From positions 36,954,001 to 37,018,000 of the forward strand of contig NC_045697.1 of NCBI RefSeq assembly GCF_009834535.1: DNA of 64,000 nucleotides, read 5' to 3'. A program made the position numbers and the translations under genes. Each line of letters starts with the position of its first letter. Position 1 is the first letter of the stretch. Positions 50,960 through 64,000 of the stretch are shown in pieces. The stretch comes from Camelus ferus. Taxonomy: Eukaryota. The notes below the pieces were generated by a model that did not search any database, was not told where the DNA came from, and saw nothing but the letters and a program-made list of their open reading frames with translations.

Positions 50960-51250
50960 TTGGGAGGTCCTGTTAAACAGCAAAATTACCAACAAGTACA
51001 AAATTTGGGCAGTGGCACTAATAAACTGAAAATGGTACACTTAATTACTATATAAGAGGTGAAGCATTGCCTTGTTCCACCTCAGATGAGACCATATACC
51101 TTGGATGACCCAAATTCTTCCCTCCTCTGCACATGTCCACAAATGACTGAGAAAGTGAGATGATCATTGATTTGGGGGTTACAAATAAATTATAGTAACT
51201 AGGTGAATTGACAAATACGGAATCTGCAAATAATAAGGATCAATTATATG
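50960..51250. mobile_element. TcMar-Tigger family MITE (MER82-like), distal part; the proximal part is at ~48000-48087
   Basis: 'attgatttgggggttacaaataaatt...aaatacggaatctgcaaataataaggatcaatta' resembles the MER82 terminus as I recall it. Confidence 0.55.
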
Positions 51251-54200
51251 TAGAAGTAAAGTGCATGTGACCATAGCACAGAAGCTGGGAGGGAAAGATA
51301 GAAGAATGCTGTTATAAGGATCTCCTGCAATAGATAAAGTTCTTACACTATACATGGTATAATATTACTTGGAGGGAGACTGTGACAGTAAGGATGCATA
51401 CTGTAAACCCCAAAGCAACAACCAAACCAAGTCAAACCAAAGCAGAATAAATGACAAGAGGTATAATGAATAGGCTACCAAGGACTGTAAGATGCAATAA
51501 TAAAAAGTAATTCTAGAGGGATATCAAGGAATAAAGGAACGAAAAAGTTCATTAGTGAAGGCATAATGATTGAAGAAAGAAATATAGCAAATTTGACATG
51601 TTGTTTCATATTCTGAGCATATTATGAGAAGGACAACTGGAATTCCTTATGGGAGGACAGCCGGGACAGGCAGTCTTTCTACTCGTGTCCTGGTCTCCTC
51701 TTCCCAAGGATGGTGATGAGTCTGTCCTCCCCTCCTGTAATCCTAATGACCAAGAGCTCACATTGTTGAGGGATGACTGGCCTGGGAAATGGCAGCTTTT
51801 AGTCTAGGAAAACTTTTTTTCCCCATGTGATTAGTTTGTGATAATTAGCTGGTGTTATCAAGCAGGAATGGCTTTAGCTATGTTTTAAATAAACTATGCC
51901 GGGCTACTGAGTAATACCAACATATTTCCATAGGATTAACTGAAAGCAAACTTCAAAAAACTGCTCCTGGACTTATGCCCAGAGCCAGTGTGTATAGCTT
52001 CTCTAAATAGATGAGGATTATATTAGTAAATATGAAAAGTGAAGCTCAAAGAGTCCAAAGACATAGCTTTAAAGAAATTATACTTTTTAAAATGCCTGAA
52101 AATGTCATCACCCAAATACAGAGATAATGCTTACTGAGACAGAGTTTTAGAAATGTGAATTAATGTGTGTAAAATTGCTTCTTAAAACAGTAAACAACTA
52201 AGAAAATAATCACAAAGAATAAGCTTAATCAAAGAGTAAGAATAATCACAAAATGATTTTGGCTTTTATGACCTGTTCAGTTTTGAGAAGCATAGGAACA
52301 AGTTCACACTCAGAATGCATTCTTGGTCAGTGCCAGGGTTACTTTTATAATTATTTTTGAATTTTAGCTTCCTCCTCCCGTACATATAGAGATATTCAAG
52401 ACATGGGTACATACAAAATGTTTGTGTTTTTTAAAAAAACTTTCCTCCATGTTGAAAGCTTTATAGCACCAAACAATTTCCTTTTAATTGTTTTGGTTTC
52501 CTAGACTTTCCTTGTGGAGTTGAAGTTGCTAAATCTCTTTCTCAAAGCACACTGCATTAGGTCTGGTCTTAGAGGTACCCATACCTTAGCCAAAATTCCT
52601 TTCTAAACTTCTATTTCTAATAAGAATTTTTAGTATGCTAAAAACAGAAAGAAATTGTTTTGAATTAATAAAGGATATTTGTCAGAAACTAGTATCTTAT
52701 TGAATGGTGAAACATTCACACTATCCTCATTAAAGTAGGGAACAAGAAAAGCTACCCATTTTAATCATTTTACTTAATCATTTTCTGTAGGTTCTAGCAA
52801 GCCATAAGAAAAGAAAGTGAATCAAGAACTACCAATATTAAAAAGGAAGAGATTAAATTATATATTATAGTTTCTATTTGAATATAAGTTATCTATAACA
52901 TAATTAATACACTATAATCATATTATTAATTTATTTCTTATATATTAATTATATAATATGACATAATTATTATATATAATCATGATGTTTTATATATGTA
53001 TACACAAAGAGTTAAACTGTTACTCAGAAGCATAGGAAAAGTTTCCAGAAAAGTTTCCAAACTTTTGAACTCAGCAGCTCAATAGCATTTCTCAAAAACC
53101 TTATTCAATGTGCAGAGGGTATGGACTTTCAGTTTACTGAGAAATTCACACATCTGTAAGAAATCGTGCAAATGAAACTGAAATCACAGGAGGTGCATAG
53201 TCACAATGTACCAAATGTGTAGCTAAAAAGATTATACATTTTATTTTAATTATTTGTTGGGAAATAGTTCATTGTCTATAATGTATGAATTTTTGTTTTA
53301 ATCTGTCAACTTCTGAGGAAGGGAGTATAAGAGGACATAGTTTTTAAGGTATATTTTATAACCCCTAGAACTCTTTGATCAGAGGAGTTAACAACAAAAC
53401 ATATCTATAGAACTGAAATTCAGAATACAGTATTTAAAAAAAAAGTGATTTTTGTGGGCCTAAGTGGATTTTGAATTTACAGTCTTGTTCTCTAATAGAC
53501 CTTGAATTTAAAATAAAGAAATAGGATATCTTTTTTCTTTATATTGCTTTTGAAGCACTACAAATGAAATTATATCTTCCTTAGAACACTCATAAAGCTA
53601 TATAATTTCATAAGCTATATTTGAAAATAAGGGTTACTTTCAAGCTTATCAAGAACTTCAAAACATTTCACCTTCTTTAAGGTGGAATTTGTGCATGAAG
53701 AGAGCACTATATAGAAAATAAGGGCCTACCTGGCTTTTTGCTCTGGCTCCTTTTCGTATGAGCTGTGTGTCCTTGGGCAACTGTTTAACCTCTCTGATCT
53801 TCAGTTTTCTTTATCTGTAAAGTTGAGGGAGTGGTGGAAATTAAATGAGATGATACATGCACAGTGCTTTGTAAGCTACAAAACACTGTGCAAATACTGA
53901 ATTATGAGCCAGGTTTTTCCAAATTCCAACAGCTATGAGAAGAATAAAAATAGAAGACACAATATTTATATTATCTGTTCTAGGCAATGAACAAGAAGAT
54001 GGCCAGGATGGTGAAAGATGTCAAGACCTTAGTCATCAGAGATGTGGTTGAAGGAACTAAGGCTGTTAATCTGAAATATTTGTTTCATCCAGACATGTTA
54101 TCACCTCTCCTCACCCATTTTCCTCTCATCGTAACATTCCCTTAGTCTAAAAATCAGAAAGAGCAAAGGCTTATGTGTTCAGGTGAGGTCCTTAGCTGAC

Positions 54201-55288
54201 TTCTCTGTGCTTACAGAATCCTTTCAATCTGTAAGAGGGGTAGGGGGCATTCAGATATAGTCTCAAAACAAAAGTCAACATGCAGATCTTGGGGGCAAGG
54301 TGAAGAAAACGGAAATGGAGTAGGAGGACATCAGACAGAAGTTGAACCTCTGAGGCACACTTGGACTGAAGGTATTCAGTGGCAGGTCTGGATGCCCTGG
54401 GGAATTCTCAGAAGACGATGGCTAGCAATGGTAATGCGGTATGGGAAGCTGATGTCTAGTTAGAAAATTGCTCAGGAATGCACAAATTAAGATTGATGTT
54501 TGGAGCTCCAATTTCCATACTTTCTATTGTTTCTCTTTTCTCATAATAACCAGTCTCTCTTTCTACCTCTAATTCAATCAAGTAAGACACAGTGAGTTTA
54601 ATGAGTTTTGATTTTTCCCAGTCAGGAAGACCTGTCAATATTTCATAGGTAAGCAGAAAGAGGCAGTAAAATAGCCCTATTAAAATATTTTAGTCACTTC
54701 TGAGGAACCAAAGACAGGTTCCTTTTTGCAAAGCTTTATTCTCTTTGTATGAATTTCTCTCTTTGCTGATTTGTCTTTTGTGATTACTCAAAGATCAGGC
54801 AGCTCACATAATGCACATGAGTCAGTTTTATGGAGCCAGCAGGGCAGCCTGTTGGCTTGTCTTCATAGCTGTCAAGCTGTAATTAAGTTGTCAAAAAATT
54901 TCAGCTGGCTACCTGTTTACAGCACAAGCAAGTGGTTGCTGGTATCAAACTATTTGTGAATACAGAATTTTTGCACATTTCTTTGGCTAAAATGGCATCA
55001 TTTATAAAAAGACTATTGGTATATATTCCTAGAAAAATTTGTTGTATTTCAAATGGACTTAAAAAAAAAAAAACATTCTTCACACCAAAGTCTTATTTGC
55101 TATTTAAAGACCTATTTGTTTTAGCTGCCTACCTGTGCTGGGTGACAAAGGACAGTACCTCTTCCTGTAAACCATTTTAATATTCCTGTTTCTCAAGAGA
55201 AATTTTCCCTAAGTAAACATGATTATTGGTGCTGGGGTGCTGTATTTCGTAATTATAGTTTAAAAATCACTCCTTGTCTTACATTCCT

Positions 55289-55291
<3 letters not shown>

Positions 55292-55338
<47 letters not shown>
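55292..55338. repeat. (TA)n microsatellite
   Basis: Seen directly. Confidence 0.95.
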
Positions 55339-55340
<2 letters not shown>

Positions 55341-55892
55341 TATATAATCTATATGTATGATATATATTCCATAGTTTTTCATCTTTTCCTACATCCTACA
55401 TGCAGAGAACCACAATTCTACAAATGACTGAAGTGAATATATTTTATGATACATTTATTTCTCTCTCCAAGCTCTGAGAGAAAAACTGGCTAGAAGCCAA
55501 TGACTATTAAGAACTCATTTCTTGCCAAACAGCTACTGTATTTCTTTAAAACATCATAGACCTGCCATTGTAACAACTTGGAAAGTAGATTAAAATCACT
55601 ACCATCCTTTTCCACCCCCCCAGCAATTTTACATTTCAATGCCTCCACTGAACACTTTAGGAATATTCCACAGGACTCAGAATTTTCAAATTTAATTTGC
55701 AGGCTAGAAAGTTGAATGGTAGGGATGTAAACTCTTGGAAGGTTTAACTAAACTCCTTTTCCTTCTGCCCCTAAGTGTAGGCATTCCCTAAGATTCTGTC
55801 CTTCTCTTGTTCTTCATTCTTCTTCAGGGCTCTCACTTCTCCCATGGGATCAGTGATGCCTTTTACAAGGACAATTGACAGATCTAAGATCT

Positions 55893-56395
55893 CTTTTTTC
55901 TGTGTGGTAAAATATATACAACATAAAATTTATCATGTTAATCATTTTTCCAGTGTTTCCTTCAGAGGCATTACATACATTCGAATTGTTGTGCAACCAT
56001 CACCACCATTCATCTCCAGGAGTTTTTGTCTTCCCAAATTGAAACTCTATCCATTAAACAATCATTCTTCATTCTCTCCTCCCCGCAGCCCCTGGCAATC
56101 ACCATTCTACTTTCTGTCTCCATGAACTTGACTACTCTAGGAACCTCATGTAAGTGGAATCATACAGTATTTATCTTTTTGTGAATGGCTTTTTCACTTA
56201 GTATAATGTCTTTCAAGGTTCGCTCATATTTGTAGCATGTTTCAGACTTCTATTCCTTTTTAAGGCTGAATATTTCATTGTATGTATATGCTACCTTGTT
56301 TATCCACTCATTTGCTGATGGACATTTGGGTTGTTTCCACCTTTTGGCTATTGCGGATAATGCTGCTGCGAACATGGGTGTACAAGTATCTATTC
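55893..56395 (-). mobile_element. L1 (L1MB-like) 3' fragment
   Basis: Antisense L1 3' UTR; ORF fragment AIAKRWKQPKCPSANEWINK. Confidence 0.85.
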
Positions 56396-57060
56396 TAATG
56401 TCTCTTCTAGCAACCTCTGTCCTGAGCATCATCGCCACATTTCCAACTGTTACTGGATACTTTCGCTTAGCTCCGCCATGGCTGATCCCTCCTAAATGAA
56501 ACCCATTCCCCCAGCAACTCAGGCTTAAGACATACAAGGTATCTTTTACTTTTCATCCACTTTCAGCAACACTACCTAAACATAGCCCTTAAGATTTCTG
56601 ATTAATATATTAATATCCTTAATTAATTAATTAGAAACCTCCATTAAATAGGCTGTGTGTTTTCCTGCCCCGACATCGTAGCTGTGCCATTATCTGTACT
56701 TGGAGAGCCCTTCTTTCCCTCTGCATCTCTCACCATCTCCTTTAGACACCTCCTGTGCACTCCAGCACACACTAATTCCTCCCTTTCCTCCATCTCTTTA
56801 GCAATTATTACAAATTTTTCTTCTGGTCCTTGGCAAATAACTGCCTTGGAATTATTTGTCCATCTTGGAGATTGTACATCTTGGAGAGCAAGGACTACAT
56901 CACTTACTTATCAATTCTACAGTGACTGGCTATCTACTATGTTTTTGGCTCTGTGCAAGCGTTATAAACTGGCATGGAGCATGCTTTTAAGATGCTCACA
57001 TTTAAGTGAAGATGTAACACAAAAGCAAATCATTATAATTCAACATAAAAATGGCTTTAG

Positions 57061-57337
57061 TGTTAACACTTTTTCAAGAAAATTTTTATTGATGTATAGT
57101 CAGTTACAATGTATCAATTTCTGGTGTACAGCATAATGTTCCAGTCATGCATATACATACATATATTTGTTTTCATGTTCTTTTTCATTTGCAAATCTCA
57201 AACTCCCAAAATTTACCCCTTCCCTCCCCTTTTCCCTCAGTAACCATTAGATTGTTTACTATGTCTGTGAGTCTGTTTCTGTTTTGTAGATTGTAGTTTT
57301 GATTTGCATTTCTCTAATAATTAGCAATATTGAGCAG
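57061..57337 (-). mobile_element. Short lineage-specific L1-derived insertion with a 13-bp TSD
   Basis: AAAATGGCTTTAG at 57048-57060 and 57338-57350. Same family as the 10600-10913 copy. Confidence 0.8.
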
Positions 57338-58859
57338 AAAATGGCTTTAGAAAAGCCTTGGGCAGAAAAAGAATCCCTAACTCTATCTGAAGGAATTGAA
57401 GGCGGCTTATATTTCTTGACATTTCCACAATGACAAATGGCCTGCTGAAAATCAGAGAAGTTCCTTGTAGGTGATAATTCATGATTTTCACAATTCCTTT
57501 TTTTGGTATCCCTAGAGAAGCCATTAGCCTTTTCATGCATTTGCCTCCAGGATCTAGCCGTACATTCTGAACTACTGATTGTTAGGGGAAACAGTCTGGA
57601 CCTAAGGAATTGGAATGATAACTCTCACCCACAATTTCACTTATGATGGATACATGTAAATGCCCCTCCCTGGGAGGCAGTGCCCCTGTGGGCAGAGAAG
57701 GGTCAGGATACAAGGTCTACGTCCCAGAAGCCTGGATGGTTGATGCGGGACGTGTGATTTGGAGAGTAACACAGGTGGCAGCACTCAGGTATCACTCAGT
57801 TCTCAAGAGAAGGCAGGGTACAAATTTGAGATTGTCTTTTTTTTTTTTTTCCTTCAGGGATTCCAGATATATTTTCTGGAGAGAAAGATACAGTAATAGT
57901 GATAACCTTTATATGCTTGCTGACTATTTTTTTCCCTTAGTGCCTGTCAGATTGTCTGGCACATAACAGTTCCTCAAATGTTGCTGTAGAAATTCCAAAA
58001 ATTATCCTACTTGAATTCACTACAATTTCAGGGAGTCTAACCCAAACTTTTCATCTGTTTATTGTCTTTTTACAATCTCCTAGGTTATCTAATTAAGTGT
58101 TGCCATTATGAGTTCAAGTTCTCAACTATAATATCCTCCATGTAAAATTATAAAGTATTGTTCTAACTTTGTCCTGATTCCTGGGCATTCTTTAACTGTG
58201 ATAGATTATGTCATTTCTGATGGGGGTGGGAAACTGATAAAGAGCTATCTTCATTCCACTTCCCTTCTCAGGAGACCCACACCCCAAAGCCTGCTCAATA
58301 CAGCTGGTTTCATAGGTTAAAGAAGGATAAACCTTTTCTTGCCTCTGAAAGAAAAAGCAGGCTTGAAAATCTGCCCCTACTGGGACATCATCCCAGCTCA
58401 TTAATGCTGTGCCTACTGATGGTCCTCACCTGTCTGTACAGTTAAATGTGAGGCTGTTCATTTCTCCATCCATCAACAATCACTTGTTGAAAGTCTACAT
58501 GAGGGGCCCTGGATAAATCAAACAAATGGTGTTTACCTTTACGGAGCTGATAATCCCATGGATGACACAGACAAAGTGAAGTCACAAGAGAAAAGAAATT
58601 AGAAACTGTGATAAGTTCTATGAAGGAAGCACAGATGCCAGTGACAGAGAAAAAGAGAAAAAGGGTCCTCTGAGTTTGCTCAGAGAAGGGCGTTCCAAGG
58701 AGGTGACATTTAAGTTGACAGAAAGATGAGAAGGTGTCAGACATCCTTCAAGTAGAGGGAAGATTGTCCCATGGAAGACAGAGCAGTGTGTGTGAGGGCC
58801 CTGGTAGGGTGGGCTGGTAGAGAGGGGAGCTACAGAGCACAAACCCAGAGCACAAGGGG

Positions 58860-59040
58860 CAGTATGTTATGGTTGATAAAGAGTACAGACTGGTACCAGA
58901 ATCCCCAGGTTCGAGTCCCAATTCGGTCTCTTACTAATGTTGTAACCTCATATGAGTTGCAAGTTCCATGCCTCCGTTTCCTTATCTATAAAAAGGGAAT
59001 TAAAAATAATATCTATCTTACAGGATTTCAAGAGAAGCCA
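58860..59040 (+). mobile_element. MIR
   Basis: 'ggttcgagtccca...cttactaatgttgtaacct...gcctccgtttccttatctataaaaagggaat'. Confidence 0.65.
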
Positions 59041-59509
59041 TAGTTTTTTATATAAAATTTCCCAATTTTTAAACTTTGTCCACTAATTTTAAAAGAATGT
59101 TTAAAGATACTGAGCGAGTGAAAGCTGTTTTTGAATTCATTATGGCTTGAGGCTTACCAGTTTGCAGTCTTTTTAAATTCAGGGCCTCCAGTGCCATACT
59201 ACATGGTTTTGATTTTTCCCTCATGTGTTGTGGGAATTCACTGAGGTGACACGGCTCCATCTATGTTTTAAAGATGATGTGACTGTCTACCAGAAATGTA
59301 ACGGTTAGAGAGGGCAGCAGTGAGGCAGTAAGATCTTTGATGCAGTTTCTGGAAGGACCCCAGAACACTTTAATGACCCAACTCAGCTTTCTTTTCCCAG
59401 TTGCTTTCTTTTCTATCCGACCCATCCAGAGTCCCCTTAGTCCAGGGTCATTCATTGTGAGATTGTCCCAGACCTTCAGTCATTCACTTAAGAAAGAAAA
59501 AAGACTATA

Positions 59510-59770
59510 TATATATTTTTAGAACAGGTTTAGGCTCATAGCAAATTTGAGCATAAGGTATAGATTTTCCATATGCCCTCAGCCCCCGTACATGCATAGT
59601 GTCCCCCATTTTCAACCTCTCCTACCAGAGGGGTGCATTTGTTATAGCTGATGAACCTACACTGACACATCACTGTCACTCTAAGTCCCTAGCTCACATT
59701 AGGGTTCACTCTTGGTATTATCCACCCTATGGGTTCGGATAACTGTGTAATGCCACCATCACAGCATCAT
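59510..59770 (-). mobile_element. L1MA-like 3' fragment
   Basis: 'gatgaacctacactgacacatcactgtcac...cacattagggttcactcttggt'. Confidence 0.7.
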
Positions 59771-62009
59771 ACATTCAACATGCGAATTCACACATGGTAA
59801 AATTATTTGTCTCTTAAGTCTCACTGATTTTATGGTAGACAGGAATTTTCAACAATCACCAGGCTTATTAGGAAAATCTTACAAATGAGAAAATCTAACC
59901 TACAACTAATTTTGCAACGCAGTGAAATGTGTGCGAATACTAAGTAAGAGTGATATAATGCAATGTTTTTTAAACATTTAATTACCATTCATTCATTTTG
60001 ATTTTATTAATTAAAAAAAAATTCAGGTCTGAAATTTCTTCCATGCACCCTGAGCCCCCGAGAACCTTAGGCCTTGAGCCCAATGGCCTGAAGCACGGGC
60101 TAGCTCCACACTCCCCAGTCCCAGTTATCCCAGTCTGTCTATCCCACCTCTCCCAGTCCCTGCAGGCTGGAGCCATGTTCTGAATCTCTGCCCAGGGCTG
60201 GGCCTCTATAGCTTTGCCTTCCTTTTGCCAACTGCAGGAGGCTGGAGGCTTGCCCCACAGTTCAAGGGACAGAGTCCTAGGAAACCATCCCAGATGACCT
60301 GACCTGCTCACCTGCCTCCTCAGTATTGTCAGCCACTGGATCCCCCTCCCCTTAGCCTGGGAACCCAGGGGCCAGTAAAGGCCCAAGGGCCAGATCTATT
60401 ATGCTTCTTGGACACTGTGCCTATCTAGGCAGCACCATTTCAGTTATCCAGCCTCCCTTCAACTCTGAAACTCAAGGTTGAGATGGAACCATTCTGCCTT
60501 CCCTGAATCCTTTTTCCCACTTCCTCTCCAACAGACCATCTGGGACTGAGTTCCTTTACATTTGCTTGTGTGATTATTTGGATTGAAGTCTGTCTCCTTT
60601 GCTATCGTATAAACTCTGCAACGTCAGGGCCCAAAACTTGTTTTGCACAGCATTACATCCCAGAGTCTAACACAACGCCAGGTACTCAGTAGGTTCTCAA
60701 AAAATATTTATAAGATAAATGGATGATACTGAGATGCTGTTTCTATTCTGCCTTGTTCTCTTTTGTCTCTTCCCCTTTCCATGTTCTCCCAGTTCCTCTT
60801 CTTTCTTGTCCTCCTCAAATTCTTAATCTAATCTCTTTACCTGACAAGAGACATTTTCGCTTTCCTTGTTAATGTATTTTGAAGCAGAGAGCTGCTATTT
60901 TTCCCTCCAAATTTTTGTCTTCATTTTCAAATGTGTAGTCTTATAATGCTGTTCCCCCGCCAAAAGTAACTTCAGCAAATGGAATCATGTATAATACTTT
61001 GAAACACAGTAACGTTGAAAGAAAAAATGAGAGGAGAAAGAGAAGAATTCTGCTTTGATCTGGAAAAAAGAGAGTGGGAAATATGTGTCAAATTTTTAAA
61101 ACTTAGAAACTAGAATGTTCTGATGTTCTACGTCTCTCAAAAGCTGATAAATATATTTTCCTTTGGAAACTGTTTGCCTGTGAAATTACTTTCATGCTTC
61201 AAATTCATTTTGGTCTTTTAGCCTATGTAAGCTACTGAAGCAGAAATTAAGTTAGAAAATTCTTGTCAGGGTTAGATATGGCAATAACCCATTAATCTAT
61301 GCCTCTTTAAGATGAGACTATTTCTGGAATAAAAGTTTTTAATTCCTAAAATGTTTGTCATCTGAGGCCCTCCAATTAACAGCAGATACAAATGGTTTTA
61401 CTTTCTTGTGGACAAAATGTAATATTTTGTATTAGTAGTGTTTCTTCTGGAAGCTCTAGCCAAGTTCACTGTCAGCCTTGTGAGGCAGGGAGGGACGTAC
61501 GCACTTAGACCAAGAGACTTTCTATTTTGCAAGGGAAGCAGTGGATACCAAAAAGTAAAGTTACCTGACAGCATTTTTTAGAGGAACAAATAAAACTATG
61601 GAGAACTCTAGGAAAGCCCAGATTTCCCTTCTGGGGATCATTAACTCTGAGGAATTAATGGAAAAGTGAAAGCTTGGTTTGTCCCACATTGCCAAGTTTT
61701 TTAACCCTTTATCTTACTTAGAATACTGGACTATTCCCTACTCTTTTATACTATTAGGGCATACGTTTAGAGAAGCTTTCCTGGCATTTTGTGTTGGTCA
61801 AACATGGAGAAAGCGGAGTGTGGCAGAAGCAGTAGGCAGCTGAGTTCCCTCGAGTCCTGGCCCTGCCAACAATGAGCTGCGTGCCCTTGGACACGTCATT
61901 CACTCCTCCAACCTCAGCTCCTCAGCCAGTAAGAAGAGGTGGAACAAATGATCATGAAGCCATTTTTTTAGTTGTAACCATCAACACCTTGATTCTTTTC
62001 CTTTATTTA

Positions 62010-62168
62010 CTTTTTTGTTTTGTTCTTTTTTGTTTTGTTTTGTTTTTTGGGGGGGAGGTAATTAGGTTTATTTATTTATTAATTATTATATTTAATGGAA
62101 GCACTGGAGATTGAACCCAGGACCTCGTGCATGCTAAGCACACACTCTACCACTGAGCCACTCCCCCC
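62010..62168 (-). mobile_element. tRNA-derived SINE (vic-1-like)
   Basis: 'gggggggaggtaattaggtttatttattt...gattgaacccaggacctcgtgcatgctaagcacacactctaccactgagc'. Confidence 0.8.
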
Positions 62169-64000
62169 AGGAGGCTGTTTTGTTCTTTATAATGGGCTTA
62201 CAAGAAACAACTCACGAGAGAAGATGTGAAGTCACAATTGATACACATGCCTTTCTCCCTTCTGGTTTTGTTGGGTATCTAATGACTCCTTGGTTCTAAA
62301 AACTTCTCTGCTTTTTGTGTTTCCTCACAAAAAAGGAGCAGCTAACAACCAGGCTGGGTCATAAAAGAGTGGCCATCCTGCTCAGCGGTGGGAAATCCTT
62401 TTGTGCGGCAGGGGCAGAATTGGTGGCTGGCTGACAGGTAAAGGCACTGCAGGGGGTGCCTGAACGTTGTTGCCCGGATTAACCAGCTGCCTGGATCTTG
62501 ACTGCAAACCACAGGGACAGCAAATGGCTGCCTTTCACTCTGCTTCGCTGTTAAATCATACCAATATACGCGTACCAAATTTCTAGAGAATAATGTGTAC
62601 AATATGGGGAACATAGTGACACCCAAAGGCACTGTCCTAGCGAGACCTGAATGGGCACAGAGGAATGTGCTCTTTCTCTTTGGGGTGTGTAGCTTGACCT
62701 CCTTTTTTTTTTTTTTTTCTTTCTTTTCTTCTTTCCTTTCTTCTTTCCTTTCTTCCCCAAACAAATAACTAAAATTGCTCTTAGCAAAACTGGGAACTCC
62801 ACTGGTTTTTAACACTGAAGTGTTCAGTCATAGCCGGATTTCAGGTCTCAAATAATGTCACCAGAGTCCAGCCCAACTCTTGGCTAGACTTTTCCCTATG
62901 TTGGCCTTGCCATCAAACAGACCCTTCTTGGAAAAGTGAAGGCCAGTGGAACAGCCGGCCTAATCTTCAAAACTTGCACTTAGCAGCACAGAGAGTACCC
63001 ATTGCCTGGTCCCTTCAGCAAAAGTTGTGGGACTGGCTCAGAGCCAGGCTGACTGGGTGGAATGCCATCCCTGAACCAGTCACAGTGGCTGGGGAGGGAG
63101 GCAGGGTGCATGGTTGCTCTGGTTGGCTGGATCTTAGTTAAAGATCAACACAAATATCTGAGATTGTGGTCGACTCCACCTATCTCGGTTGCAGGGACTG
63201 AGAGTCACAGGGGAAGGGGTAACATGTCCAGAGAGAAAGGAGGGATGCCATTACCCCAAGGAGAGTGAATTAATGCTGGGCAGGCTAAGAGAAGCAATAC
63301 TCACATTATCCCACAATATGAATCTCTTCATTGAGAACAATAAGTGAAGGAGGACTGGGCAAGCAGAGAGGACCAGGGGATTAACACGTATAGGTTGGAT
63401 CCTTCACTAACCCAGGATTACCTTGGACCAAGTACTAAATCAGCTGTCCACATCTCTCATTATTGTCATCATATCACAAATTAGAATTCTTACAAATCCT
63501 TAGAAAGCTGCTCCTTACAATGAGTACACAGAGTTTTTGTACACTATTGTTTAAATGTTGAAAAGGGTTCCTTTTTTTCTTCTTTCACTGCATTTTGTCT
63601 TTTCATGGTGTGCAATTTTGCTGCATTTATAATCATTATGTACTTTGTTTTGGGAGAAAGCATTTTGTCATAAAAGCTTTTCATACAACCAGAGGAATGA
63701 TCAGCTTCACTATCAATATTCTACCACAACCTGTTTTTTTCCCTTGAGATTATTGAAAATCAGTTGCAAAACTCAGATATATAGCAATTGAAAAAGAAAA
63801 CTGAAAGCAATTAGATTCTCTTAATCGAGAAATAATTAATTTGTGCATGACAATATTACATACTATAAAAGAGACTCCATGTATTCCTCTCCCTTTTCCT
63901 TTCACAGTTATCATTTAAATCTAGCTTTGTTTGTGATATAATAATGTAGAGCTTGTGCACAAAGTGAGACTAAACTAACGCAAAGACTTCCCTTATGAAT

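Noticed and set aside
56657..57136. 159-aa ORF
   Set aside because: It has a non-ATG start, runs through L2-like and L1 sequence, and has no recognisable domain.
38700..64000. PDGFRA exons, expected downstream by synteny
   Set aside because: No receptor-kinase coding sequence was recognised; the gene presumably lies beyond the window.
1..64000. CRISPR arrays, operons or prokaryote-type defence systems
   Set aside because: The sequence is clearly mammalian (spliced genes, L1/MIR/MaLR repeats), and no repeat-spacer array was seen.

Overview
This is mammalian genomic DNA, most likely from a camelid: it carries three vic-1-like tRNA-derived SINEs and artiodactyl-type L1 3' ends. It covers the CHIC2-GSX2 interval, the region syntenic to human 4q12 upstream of PDGFRA. 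The first coding exon of CHIC2 lies on the minus strand (5756-5874), with its CpG-island promoter and the start of intron 1. About 22 kb of repeat-rich spacer follows, then an orphan CpG-rich element at 27.9-28.6 kb. The complete two-exon ParaHox gene GSX2 (36463-37036 + 37731-38071, 304 aa) sits in a repeat-poor block rich in homeodomain motifs (~31-46 kb), and the rest is repeat-rich with nested insertions. No new multi-gene system is evident. The best leads are: a tandem uORF cluster in the CHIC2 leader, including a Cys-rich 8-mer and a strong-Kozak uORF in frame with CHIC2; two near-identical TAAT-N7-TAAT sites flanking GSX2; a Kolobok-like inverted-repeat relic 3' of GSX2; a ~1 kb orphan ORF; and a TSD-bounded, internally deleted L1 mosaic. 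Repeat family names are from recognition by eye and their boundaries are approximate.
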